Source: Clostridia bacterium
GTDB lineage: Bacteria > Bacillota > Clostridia > UBA1212 > DUPL01
Assembly: GCA_050951325.1 (NCBI GenBank)
Contig: JBMNIW010000012.1
Span: 640,001 to 704,000, forward strand
Direction of reading: 5' to 3'
Length of the DNA stretch: 64,000 bases
A program made the position numbers and the translations under genes. The notes under the pieces were generated by a model. It was not told where the DNA came from, did not search any database, and saw nothing but the letters and a program-made list of their open reading frames with translations. Of the stretch, positions 46,329 through 56,300 are shown one piece after another. The first letter of the stretch is position 1; each line of letters begins with the position of its first letter.

Positions 46329-48123
46329 ACTTTTTACGTTTTTTATCGTTTTTATTTTCGAACAACATGTCAACCATTGCATCTATGGTGTTCCCGGTTT
46401 CCTCAGAATCAACTTTTGAGTCTTCCTTTGAAAACTTCAAACCACTGTTAATATATGCCCTCTTCAAGGTAAACTTCTTTTCACTGTAGCCCGAATCTTC
46501 TTTAGGATATATGTTGGTTGCAGAGAAGGATATGTTATCAAAATCGTCATTCTTTATACTACGTTTCGGTACACTTACGTCAAACATCTCATATACTTTC
46601 TCAAGCTCAGTCTTCTCTTCCTTCTCCTCTATCTCAGGTACTGAAAACTCCAGAATTTCAAGTACATCGTTGTCACCAGCTTGCTCCTCATCAACTTCTT
46701 CAGTATGTATATCCTGAACTTTTTCTTGAACCTCGAGCTGCTCTGTGTTTTCTGTGTTTTGCTCGGACCAATTTGTTGTTTCCATTTCATCCAGCATAGG
46801 GTCAAGATTTTCATCATATTGGTCCGAGTTAGGGATGGCTGGTTCTTTCTCCATATCGTTGTCATTTTCTGTACTGTACAATAGCTGCTCTGTACTTTCT
46901 TTTACATCCACAGACAGTATGGGTCCCCATCTGCCCGGCAGGGTGAAGGAATCATCCAGCTGGATTTCAATATCAGGTTTTGTTTTCAAGGTAGTATGGT
47001 ATTCCTTCAGTGATGCTGGTATGAAGGCAAATGCACCTGTTATACCGAACGATGCAGTTATAGCTATAAAAGGCGTTGCTGCCAGAAAGGTTTTGTTGTC
47101 AAAAGGCATAAAGATATATGCTGTAGTAAGGATTAAAGGATACGTTGCAATCAATACATATTCAATCAAAAGATCCTTCATTGCATTAAATATGCCAGCA
47201 ATAAGGCTGAATATTAAAAGAACAAAGAGTACGGAGGAAATATAGTTGATTGTATCATTACCCGTGTTTATGGAACCGCCCCATATTTCCGTTATCCGTG
47301 AAGAAACCTCGGATATTTTTTCATAAGCACTGCTCCCGGTGACGTTGTTTAATTTAATTACGTCCCAGAAGCTTGTTCCAATCATTTCGTCTACTAAAAG
47401 CGATATTGCTACAACAAGTCCAGAAGTTCCAAAAAAGTACAGGAATCTTAATGCATAGCTGGAGCTTCTAATCCTGTCTATACACTTTAGCAGGTAGAAG
47501 AAGCAAAAAGGAAAAACCATGAGCATGTATGCAAAGTTCAGTGTTGATGCTGAAATAAATGCAATGCTCGCGCAAATAGTTGTCAGAAGTGCAAAGGTTT
47601 TTGAATTGTGCATAAACGAGTAGAGAACCAGCAGAACGGACATTAATATCATTGTTTCGGCTATAAAATATGCAAGATTACCGTTACCAAGATAAACATG
47701 TAAAGGATTCAGAGTCATCAAAAAGACAGTTAAAAGCCCTTCCTTTTCCGTGTAAATGATTTTGGCAATTAAAAACGCAATTAGAGAGCTAATTAGTCCG
47801 GCCGCAATTATACCTAATGTTATTAATGAGACCAGATCTACATTATCTGCATATGAAAGTACAAACAACCTGGCAAGAACCTGAAACGCCAGTATCAGAA
47901 TGAGTAGCAGTGTTGTAGGTACGTTTTGCATGTCGCTGGTGTATCTGCCAAAGTGAGGATTCAACAAAACTAGCAAAAAAGCAAAAATTGTACCGACGGT
48001 CAAGAAAGTGAGCAGTGGGTTGTCCTGCTTTTGAAGACTGCAAGTAAAAATATATGTAGCAGATAAAAGATTTACAAACAAAATGATTCGTACAATGCTC
48101 CGAATGGTGGTCCTTCTGTGCAT
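46327..48123 (-). CDS. Hypothetical polytopic membrane protein with a long acidic C-terminal tail
   Basis: About 365 hydrophobic residues followed by a D/E-rich, low-complexity region; GGAGG RBS. Confidence 0.75.
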   Translation of the reverse strand: MHRRTTIRSIVRIILFVNLLSATYIFTCSLQKQDNPLLTFLTVGTIFAFLLVLLNPHFGRYTSDMQNVPTTLLLILILAFQVLARLFVLSYADNVDLVSLITLGIIAAGLISSLIAFLIAKIIYTEKEGLLTVFLMTLNPLHVYLGNGNLAYFIAETMILMSVLLVLYSFMHNSKTFALLTTICASIAFISASTLNFAYMLMVFPFCFFYLLKCIDRIRSSSYALRFLYFFGTSGLVVAISLLVDEMIGTSFWDVIKLNNVTGSSAYEKISEVSSRITEIWGGSINTGNDTINYISSVLFVLLIFSLIAGIFNAMKDLLIEYVLIATYPLILTTAYIFMPFDNKTFLAATPFIAITASFGITGAFAFIPASLKEYHTTLKTKPDIEIQLDDSFTLPGRWGPILSVDVKESTEQLLYSTENDNDMEKEPAIPNSDQYDENLDPMLDEMETTNWSEQNTENTEQLEVQEKVQDIHTEEVDEEQAGDNDVLEILEFSVPEIEEKEEKTELEKVYEMFDVSVPKRSIKNDDFDNISFSATNIYPKEDSGYSEKKFTLKRAYINSGLKFSKEDSKVDSEETGNTIDAMVDMLFENKNDKKRKK

Positions 48124-48225
48124 GGTGTCCTCCGTATATGCTTTTTCTTTTGTATATTATTGTTATATTTCCTTCGCATTTGATTATACATTATATTCCC
48201 AATATCAACAAGAAGAATATTAAAG

Positions 48226-48254
48226 GAAAAGGCTGCCCGTTTTCTGGCAGCCTT
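48226..48254 (-). terminator. Terminator after oadB-oadG
   Basis: AAGGCTGCC..GGCAGCCTT stem followed by TTCCTTT. Confidence 0.7.
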
Positions 48255-48263
48255 GATTCCGAT

Positions 48264-48407
48264 TCAATTTTTTTCTTCGTTTGCTTTCCTGTTCGTTATC
48301 CAGGATAAAAGATGTATGAACAGGTAGATAACCAGCATCACAACGAAGATACCAGTCATTCCCTTAAGCATTATTAGCAAGCCTTCTTTAATCAAATTCC
48401 AATCCAT
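48264..48407 (-). CDS. OadG-like small membrane subunit (47 aa; absent from the ORF track)
   Basis: Translated by hand: MDWNLIKEGLLIMLKGMTGIFVVMLVIYLFIHLLSWITNRKANEEKN; AAGGGA RBS; immediately downstream of oadB. Confidence 0.8.
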   Translation of the reverse strand: MDWNLIKEGLLIMLKGMTGIFVVMLVIYLFIHLLSWITNRKANEEKN

Positions 48408-48437
48408 AATATCATCCCTTTCACATTAGCCTACTGT

Positions 48438-49601
48438 CTACAATAGCTGCTTTACCAAGGACAGTATGATTCCTCCTGCAACCACCGATGCAATCTGGCC
48501 TGCAACGTTTGCACCAACCGCATGCATGAGCAGGTGGTTCTGGTTGTCCTCTTTCAATGCCATCTTCTGAATAACTCTAGCCGACATTGGGAATGCCGAT
48601 ATACCTGCAGCACCAACCATTGGGTTGATTTTCTTGCCGTCTTTCAAGAACAGGTTCATGAACTTGGCAAAAAGCACTCCGCCTATTGTATCGAATACAA
48701 AGGCAAAAAGACCGAGCAGCATGATTATAAGTGTATCGATTCTTACAAACTTGTCTGCCTTCATTGTGGATGCTATGGTAAGGCCAAGTAGTATGGTTAT
48801 AAGGTTGGCAAGGCTTGTCTGCGCTGTCTGGCTGAGGTTGTCCAACTTCATGCATTCACGTAGCAAGTTGCCAAACATAAGCATTCCAACCAAAGCAATA
48901 GAGGCTGGAGCAACAAAACCTGCAATTACAGTAACGAATATGGGGAACAGAATCCTTGTAGTTCTGGAAACTGATTTTGGGTTGTATGGCATTCTTATCA
49001 TGCGCTCTTTTTTGGTGGTAACGAGTTTAATAGCAAAAGGCTGAATCGTTGGAACCAGAGCCATATATGAATATGCAGCCACAGCAATTGCACCTACGTA
49101 TTCGCTCTTAAGAACCTGTGATACAAGTATTGAGGTGGGTCCATCAGCTGCGCCGATAATGCCTATGGATGCCGCATCTTTTATATCAAACCCAAACAGA
49201 AGTGCAACCAACAGTGTCAGGAATATACCAAACTGGGCAGCCGCTCCAAAGAACAGCATCTTTGGATTAGAAAGCAGTGGTCCAAAGTCAATCATTGCAC
49301 CTATGCCAATAAACAATAGAATGGGCATGGCTTCGGAAGCGCCGATTCCCACTTCATATAGCCAGTCAAGAATACCGACTACCGGCTCGTCAAGTCCTTC
49401 CATCTGCTGGGTTACCACGCCGCTGAAGGGAATATTTACAAGAATTGCGCCAAATCCCATTGGCATGACTAAAGCGGGCTCGAAATCCCACTTGAGCGCC
49501 AGCCATATTAGCAAGCCTCCAATTACATACATCACCACTTGCTGAGGTGTTACACTTTTAATACTATGAATAAGAAACTCAAAATTCGAAAAAAAACTCA
49601 A
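48438..49601 (-). CDS. Sodium-translocating decarboxylase beta subunit (OadB/GcdB/MmdB family)
   Basis: FEP..PMGFG, DFGP, GAAAQFGIF, IGAADGPT, AYSYMALVP, SAFPMSARV, GANVAGQI; TTG start after AAAGGAG. Confidence 0.92.
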   Translation of the reverse strand: MSFFSNFEFLIHSIKSVTPQQVVMYVIGGLLIWLALKWDFEPALVMPMGFGAILVNIPFSGVVTQQMEGLDEPVVGILDWLYEVGIGASEAMPILLFIGIGAMIDFGPLLSNPKMLFFGAAAQFGIFLTLLVALLFGFDIKDAASIGIIGAADGPTSILVSQVLKSEYVGAIAVAAYSYMALVPTIQPFAIKLVTTKKERMIRMPYNPKSVSRTTRILFPIFVTVIAGFVAPASIALVGMLMFGNLLRECMKLDNLSQTAQTSLANLITILLGLTIASTMKADKFVRIDTLIIMLLGLFAFVFDTIGGVLFAKFMNLFLKDGKKINPMVGAAGISAFPMSARVIQKMALKEDNQNHLLMHAVGANVAGQIASVVAGGIILSLVKQLL

Positions 49602-49687
49602 ACAGCTTCTCTCCTTTAGCAAATTGGGAACATGAAAAATGCCCTCAAAACATTATATCACAATATGGTTATTGTGCATAAGAATTT

Positions 49688-50110
49688 TTACTCTACATGT
49701 CTTCTCTTTGCAAAGGTCCACACCTTGTTCATGAAATAGTTTAAAATCGTGGTAATGGGAAGCACCAAAAGCTTTGCCCATCTTTCGTCAATACCTATAA
49801 AATCTACACTAAGCATCATAAGAAGCCAAGAGGCAAACATGTACACCAAAAACGTAACAACAAACCTGGGGGCCGACTCCATGGTTTTTACCTTTGAGTC
49901 TTTAAAAACCCAGAACCTGTTCCATAAATAGCTGTTCACACCACCAGCAATGTCGCCTATGGCATTTGCTATCTGAAAATTAATACTAAAATACAGTAAT
50001 ATGCGGTATACAACATATGTTACAGCGGTGTTGAGTATGCCAACCATGCAGAACATAATGAAACGCTTGTACTTTATTAGCATGTCTTTTGCAAACTGAA
50101 ATACTCTCAT
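49688..50110 (-). CDS. GtrA-family flippase
   Basis: FIMFCMVGILNT..SYLWNRFWVF..NYFMNKVWTF. Confidence 0.85.
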   Translation of the reverse strand: MRVFQFAKDMLIKYKRFIMFCMVGILNTAVTYVVYRILLYFSINFQIANAIGDIAGGVNSYLWNRFWVFKDSKVKTMESAPRFVVTFLVYMFASWLLMMLSVDFIGIDERWAKLLVLPITTILNYFMNKVWTFAKRRHVE

Positions 50111-50208
50111 AAATACCTCCAGAATTACTCCCATTTATTATACCATGAAAAAGCAAATATTAATATCTTGCCACTAAATTGAAAATAAAGGTAAACAAGT
50201 ATTTATAA

Positions 50209-50237
50209 TTGACACAAGATACAAGAAAGGTTAGAAT
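50209..50237 (+). promoter_or_regulatory. SigmaA promoter of the Gfo/TIM-barrel operon
   Basis: TTGACA-17-TAGAAT. Confidence 0.7.
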
Positions 50238-50280
50238 TATGGTGTTCTGTAAGAATATCTAGGATAAGGGAGTGGTCTAT

Positions 50281-51345
50281 TTGAGCAAGATCAGGGTGGG
50301 GATAATCGGATGCGGCGCTATTGCGCATGCTGCCCATATACCTGCATATTTGAAATGCGAAGATGCAGAAATAGTATACTTCTGCGACATAATAAAGGAA
50401 AGAGCAGAAGAATGTGTTGAAAAATACGGGGTTGGTCAAGCTGTAACGGATTACAAGGTTATTGCACAGGATGAAACCATTGATGCAGTATCTGTTTGCA
50501 CTCCAAACAACATGCACTCGATAATATCCATTGACATGCTGCGTGCAGGAAAGCATGTGCTTTGCGAAAAGCCTGCAGCAAGAACTTATGCGGAAGCTTT
50601 GGAAATGCAAAAGGTGCAGCAAGAGACCAACAAGGTCCTTAACATAGGTGTTGTAAACAGATTCAATGCAAGTGTTAATGAAATCAGGGACCTTATCAAC
50701 AGTGGAAAGCTCGGAGAAGTATATCATGTCTATGTAAGCTTTAGAGCATTCAGAAGCATTCCAGGTCTTGGCGGAGATTTTACAAACAAGGCAGTTGCAG
50801 GCGGAGGAGCATTGATTGACTGGGGCGTGCATTATCTGGACATAGTCATGTACTGTCTGAACGACCCGAAACCGGAAACTGTCAGCGGTCAGGCATATTC
50901 CAAGCTTGGAGTCAACATGAAGGAATATAAATATGAATCAATGTGGGCGGGTCCTCCAAATTATGATGGAGTGTATGATGTGGACGACTTTGTAACGGCG
51001 TTTGTTCGTACTGAAGGACCAACCATATCATTAAATGGTGCCTGGGCTCAGAATATCAGGGAGCAGGACACATATATTGATTTCCTGGGAGACAAGGCAG
51101 GCATAAGACTTCAGTATGGCGGGGACTTCAAGCTTTACTATATCGAAGATGACGAGTTCAAGGTTGCAAGTTCAACGAGAGAACCAGTGAATCATTTTGA
51201 TGCTGAAATAAGAGCGTTTCTGGATTGCATAAAGTCGGGTGAGAAGCTGCCATCCCACATAGATTATGCAATACTGACATCGCAGATTATGCAAGGAATC
51301 TATGATTCTTCCGATCAAAGAAGGGAAGTTTCATTTGTTAAATAA
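50281..51345 (+). CDS. Gfo/Idh/MocA-family NAD-dependent oxidoreductase
   Basis: GIIGCGAIA, VCTPNNMH, HVLCEKP, GGGALIDWGVH. Confidence 0.9.
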   Translation: MSKIRVGIIGCGAIAHAAHIPAYLKCEDAEIVYFCDIIKERAEECVEKYGVGQAVTDYKVIAQDETIDAVSVCTPNNMHSIISIDMLRAGKHVLCEKPAARTYAEALEMQKVQQETNKVLNIGVVNRFNASVNEIRDLINSGKLGEVYHVYVSFRAFRSIPGLGGDFTNKAVAGGGALIDWGVHYLDIVMYCLNDPKPETVSGQAYSKLGVNMKEYKYESMWAGPPNYDGVYDVDDFVTAFVRTEGPTISLNGAWAQNIREQDTYIDFLGDKAGIRLQYGGDFKLYYIEDDEFKVASSTREPVNHFDAEIRAFLDCIKSGEKLPSHIDYAILTSQIMQGIYDSSDQRREVSFVK

Positions 51346-51378
51346 ATAATATGACAGACTATTTGAAAGGAGATAAAT

Positions 51379-52251
51379 ATGAGCAAGGCTTTTAAAATTG
51401 GTGTAATTATTGACTCATTCTTAAAACCAACTTTCAGAGAGGGTCTCGAGTCTGCTGTAAAGGTTGGTGCGGAAGGTATTCAAGTATATGCTGTTAGAGG
51501 AGAAATGGCTCCATGGAACCTCAACAAGGAACAGAGAGCAGAAAAGAGAAAGATGGTTGAGGATTTTGGACTCAAGATATCCGCTCTTTGCGGTGACCTT
51601 GGCGGCCATGGGTTCATGAACAAGGAAGAGAATCCTGAGAGAATCGAAAAGTCAAAGCAAATCGTTGACCTGGCATTGGAGCTTGGAACCAATATAATTA
51701 CAACACATATCGGTGTTGTTCCAGAGGACAAGAACGATGACACATACAAGATAATACTTGAAGCATGCTCGGAATTGGCTGAATATGCAAACAGCGTGGG
51801 TGCATACTTTGCAATAGAAACAGGTCCAGAAACCGCTGTTGTTTTGAGGGAATTCCTTGACCAGCTTCCTGGCAAGGGAGTGGCTGTAAACTTTGACCCT
51901 GCAAACCTTGTAATGTGTGTGGATGGAGTGCCTGAGAGGGATGTCAAGACTTTGGGTGACTACATCGTTCATACTCATGCAAAAGACGGCATCATGGTAA
52001 AAGGCAAGGATCCTGCAAAGGTTCAAGAAGTGCTTGATGCCTGCGGTTATGGAGATACTGATTTTACCAATCTTCCATGGATTGAATTGCCTCTTGGATG
52101 CGGTCATGTAGACTTCCCCAAGTATCTCAAAGCTCTTAAGGAAACAGGATTTGACGGTTTCCTGACTATAGAAAGAGAAACAGGTCCTGATCCATTCAAG
52201 GATATTGAGATGGCTGTCAAGTTCCTGAAGGAGCAAATGGCAAACCTTTAA
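51379..52251 (+). CDS. Sugar-phosphate isomerase/epimerase (AP-endonuclease-2 TIM barrel)
   Basis: AIETGPE, NFDPAN, HTHAKD, LTIERE metal motifs. Confidence 0.88.
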   Translation: MSKAFKIGVIIDSFLKPTFREGLESAVKVGAEGIQVYAVRGEMAPWNLNKEQRAEKRKMVEDFGLKISALCGDLGGHGFMNKEENPERIEKSKQIVDLALELGTNIITTHIGVVPEDKNDDTYKIILEACSELAEYANSVGAYFAIETGPETAVVLREFLDQLPGKGVAVNFDPANLVMCVDGVPERDVKTLGDYIVHTHAKDGIMVKGKDPAKVQEVLDACGYGDTDFTNLPWIELPLGCGHVDFPKYLKALKETGFDGFLTIERETGPDPFKDIEMAVKFLKEQMANL

Positions 52252-52264
52252 GATTTGAACTTAT

Positions 52265-52298
52265 TAACTCAGAGACTATAAGTCTTTGAGTTATTTTT
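52265..52298 (+). terminator. Rho-independent terminator
   Basis: TAACTCAGAGACT..AGTCTTTGAGTTA stem followed by a T-run. Confidence 0.8.
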
Positions 52299-52390
52299 AA
52301 ATTTATTGAACATATATTTACTAAAATGCATCTTTGTGATATATTAGACAAAAGTAAAGAGTGCCTAATATAATGACAGGAGGTAGTATT

Positions 52391-53212
52391 ATGAAAATCA
52401 AAAGGATTGCATTATTGACACTAGCTGCTATCATTTGTTTTTCAATGTTTATGGTATCGGCATCAACTAAAGGTTATGTAACCGATGGTCTTGTTGGTTT
52501 CTTTGATGGAAGCAACAACCAGGGAAACAAACATGACAAGCAAAGTACAACCTGGAAGGATCTGAGCGGAACTGGCAATGACATTACCGTCAAGTTGGAT
52601 GACAAATGCAAGTGGAATGACAATGGTTACTTCAATGATTCAACCAGGATTTATCTGCCACAAGCTCTGACGGATTTGATTAATAGCAACGAGTTTACAG
52701 TGGAAATTGTTCTTAATACCTTTAAATCAAAAGGTTTGCACTACAATCCAATCATGAACTGTGACAATGACATGTTCTCTTTGTTCCGTAGAATAGGAGA
52801 TGAAGTTATGCAGTTCAAGAACAACGGAAATCCAAGACCTACTTCAGAGACAGGCGTGGCTCTTGATTATCTTTCCGAAAGAGTGACACTGACCATCACC
52901 TACAAGGTGGGTGGCAAGTCAACCATGTACATAAACGGTGAGAAGATAGATGCACAAAATGCGGGTGTAGCCGTTGGTGCAGACAAAATGTTCTTTGGAC
53001 ACGATGATGCGACAAGAAACTTCAGCACAAATTATGAATACTTGCGTTTTTATAACAGAGAATTGTCAGCAGATGAGGTTTCAAAGAACTACAACGAAGA
53101 CCTGAAAGCATCAAACCCAACCACTGGTGTAACTACAACCTTCTTCTACATGGCAGTGACTCTCGGTCTTGCAGGCACCGCATTAAAGGGTATGAAGAAA
53201 AAAGAGGACTAA
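52391..53212 (+). CDS. Secreted LamG/concanavalin-like protein with NPXTG-type sorting signal
   Basis: Signal peptide; WKDLSGTGND, MYING, RFYNRELSADEV; C-terminal NPTTG plus TM plus KKK. Confidence 0.72.
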   Translation: MKIKRIALLTLAAIICFSMFMVSASTKGYVTDGLVGFFDGSNNQGNKHDKQSTTWKDLSGTGNDITVKLDDKCKWNDNGYFNDSTRIYLPQALTDLINSNEFTVEIVLNTFKSKGLHYNPIMNCDNDMFSLFRRIGDEVMQFKNNGNPRPTSETGVALDYLSERVTLTITYKVGGKSTMYINGEKIDAQNAGVAVGADKMFFGHDDATRNFSTNYEYLRFYNRELSADEVSKNYNEDLKASNPTTGVTTTFFYMAVTLGLAGTALKGMKKKED

Positions 53213-53230
53213 GATAATTGAATAATCAGC

Positions 53231-53262
53231 AAAGGAGCTGTCGCAACTGCGGCAGCTTTTTT
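53231..53262 (+). terminator. Rho-independent terminator
   Basis: GAGCTGTCGCA..TGCGGCAGCTT stem followed by a T-run. Confidence 0.8.
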
Positions 53263-53358
53263 CGTGTTTAACACATCCGATTTAATCGTGACAGTATTTT
53301 TCATCTATGATATAATTTCATGAATCGGGATACCGATAATCTTTAGGAGGATTCTTTT

Positions 53359-56300
53359 ATGACAAAAAACGACAACAACAAAATCATGATAATAGGGTCG
53401 GGACCCATCATAATTGGACAGGCTTGTGAGTTTGACTACTCAGGAACCCAGGCATGCAAGGCGTTGAAAATGCTTGGTTATGAAGTTGTTTTGGTAAATT
53501 CAAATCCTGCTACCATTATGACGGATCCGGAAACAGCAGATGCAACGTACATTGAACCGCTTAATGTAGAAACATTGGAAAAGATAATTGAGAAAGAAAG
53601 GCCATTTGCTTTGCTGCCAAGTTTGGGAGGCCAATCCGGACTGAATTTAAGCCAGGAACTGGCCAAGAAGGGAATCCTTGAAAAGTATGGCGTCAAACTT
53701 CTGGGCGTGCAGCTGGATGCCATTGAACGAGGCGAGGACAGAATAGCCTTTAAGGAAACAATGGTAAAGTTGAATATTGACATGCCGAGAAGCGCACCTG
53801 CGTACTCAGTGGAGGAAGCTGAAAAGATTGCAGGGGAAATGGGATATCCTGTTGTTGTTAGGCCTGCTTACACCATGGGCGGTACAGGCGGAGGAATAGT
53901 TTACAACATAGAAGAATTAAGAACGGTAGTATACAGAGGCATAGCAGCATCGATGGTAGGACAGGTGCTGATTGAAGAATGTGTGCTTGGATGGGAAGAA
54001 CTGGAGCTAGAAGTAATAAGGGACAAGGATGGCCGCAAAGTTACCGTCTGCTATATAGAAAATGTAGATCCTATGGGTGTGCATACAGGTGACTCTTTTT
54101 GCGTGGCTCCAACAATTACCGTGTCGGAGGAACTAAAGAAGAGGCTTCAGGACTATGCATACAGAATAGTTGACGCAGTAGGCGTTATTGGAGGCTGCAA
54201 TGTGCAGTTTGCCCACGACCCTGTAACTGATAGGGTTGTAATAATTGAAATAAATCCAAGAACTTCAAGGTCATCCGCTCTTGCATCAAAGGCCACTGGA
54301 TTTCCTATTGCTTACGTTTCAGCACTGCTTGCAGCAGGTATAACACTCCCCGAGATTCCATACTGGAAGAAGGGCACTCTAGACAAGTATATACCTGAAG
54401 CAGATTACATTGTTGTCAAGTTTGCAAGATGGGCATTTGAAAAATTTAAGGATGCAGAGGACAAGCTGGGCACCCAGATGCATGCGGTGGGAGAAGTCAT
54501 GTCCATTGGCAAATCCTACAAGGAAGCCTTTCAAAAAGCCATAAGGTCTTTGGAAACAGGAAGGAGCGGTCTTGGATTTGCAAAAAACTACAACCAGCTT
54601 GACAAGGATGAGCTGTTCAAACTGCTAGCCCATCCCACCAGTGAAAGACAGTATGTCATGTATGAAGCGTTCAGAAAAGGTGCCACCATTGAAGAAATCC
54701 ATGAACTAACAAAGATAAACAGATGGTTCCTTGAGCAGATGAAGGAACTTGTGGAGGAAGAGGAGGAACTTCTTAAATACAAGGGGAAAATGCCTCCTGT
54801 TGAACTTTTGGAAAGAGCGAAAATAAACGGTTTTTCCGACAAGTATCTTGCCCAAATACTTGAAATTGATGAGAGGGAACTCTGGAAGTATAGGGAAGAA
54901 AAAGGCATAATTCAAAGATGGGAAGGCGTCAATGTAAGTGGAATTGAAACAGAAAGCTACTATTACTACTCCACATACGAAAAAGGCATGAATATGTCCG
55001 TAAGAAACGAAAACTCAATCATGGTACTTGGCGGAGGACCCAACAGAATAGGTCAGGGTATAGAGTTTGACTACTGCTGCGTGCATGCGGCAAAAGCACT
55101 CAGGGAACTAGGGTTTAAGACAATAATGGTAAACTGCAACCCTGAGACGGTTTCTACTGATTATGACACCTCCGACAAACTATATTTCGAACCATTAACC
55201 GCAGAAGATATAATAAGCATATATAACCATGAAAAGCCGCTTGGCATTATTGTTCAGTTTGGAGGGCAAACTCCTCTCAACATTGCCGACGAGCTGCAAA
55301 AAAGAGGCGCAAGAATCCTTGGAACTCCTCCAGCAGTAATTGATGCGGCGGAAGACAGGGATTTGTTCAACAAAATGATGAACAAGCTGCAGATACCCAT
55401 GCCTGAGTCCGGAATGGCCATAAATGAAAAAGAAGCTATTGAAATTGCTGAAAGGATAGGCTATCCAGTAATGGTACGTCCATCCTTTGTACTGGGTGGC
55501 AGGGGTATGGAAATAATTCACGATAGCGACATGTTAAAAACATACATGGCTCAAATAGAGGAAGTGGCACCTGACAGACCTATTCTCATAGACAAGTTTC
55601 TTGACAATGCTTTGGAATGTGAGGCTGACGCAATATCTGATGGAGAGAATGTGTTCGTGCCCGCTGTCATGGAGCATATTGAGCAGGCAGGCGTCCATTC
55701 GGGAGACTCTGCTTGTGTCATTCCGTCAAAAACAATATCACAAAAACATCTTGACACCATTTACAGCTACACGGCGAAAATAGCAATAGAGATGGGTGTT
55801 GTCGGCCTTATGAACATCCAGTATGCGATATATAATGATGAGGTGTATGTTCTTGAGGCAAACCCAAGAGCATCCAGGACAGTGCCTCTGGTTTCAAAAG
55901 TATGTGCAATAAACATGGCGCAGATTGCAACGAATCTTATGGTTGCCAGCCTTATTGACGAGGAAAGAAAGATAGACTTAACCAAACTTAAGAGGAAGGA
56001 TATCCCATACTATGGAGTGAAGGAAGCGGTGCTGCCGTTTAACATGTTCCCTGAGGTGGACCCGGTACTAGGCCCTGAGATGAGGTCCACAGGAGAGGTT
56101 CTTGGCCTTGCGGACACCTTTGGCAGTGCATTTTTTAAATCCCAGGTGGGTGCAAACGGCACTCTGCCTGTTGGGGGCAATGTGCTGATTAGTGTAAACG
56201 AGAATGACAGGCAAGGTATTCTTGAAGTTGCAAGAGGCTTTAAGAAACTCGGTTTTCATATAATCGCAACAATCGGAACTAGCACGTTTCTAAGCGAGCA

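Noticed and set aside
50203-50832. Long antisense ORFs from the track (this 209-aa ORF, 51652-52236, 730-1242 and similar)
   Set aside because: They are shadow frames of well-supported genes, with no RBS or recognisable motifs.
53274-53331. Imperfect inverted repeats flanking the carB promoter (invertible promoter?)
   Set aside because: Short and mismatched, and no site-specific recombinase nearby.
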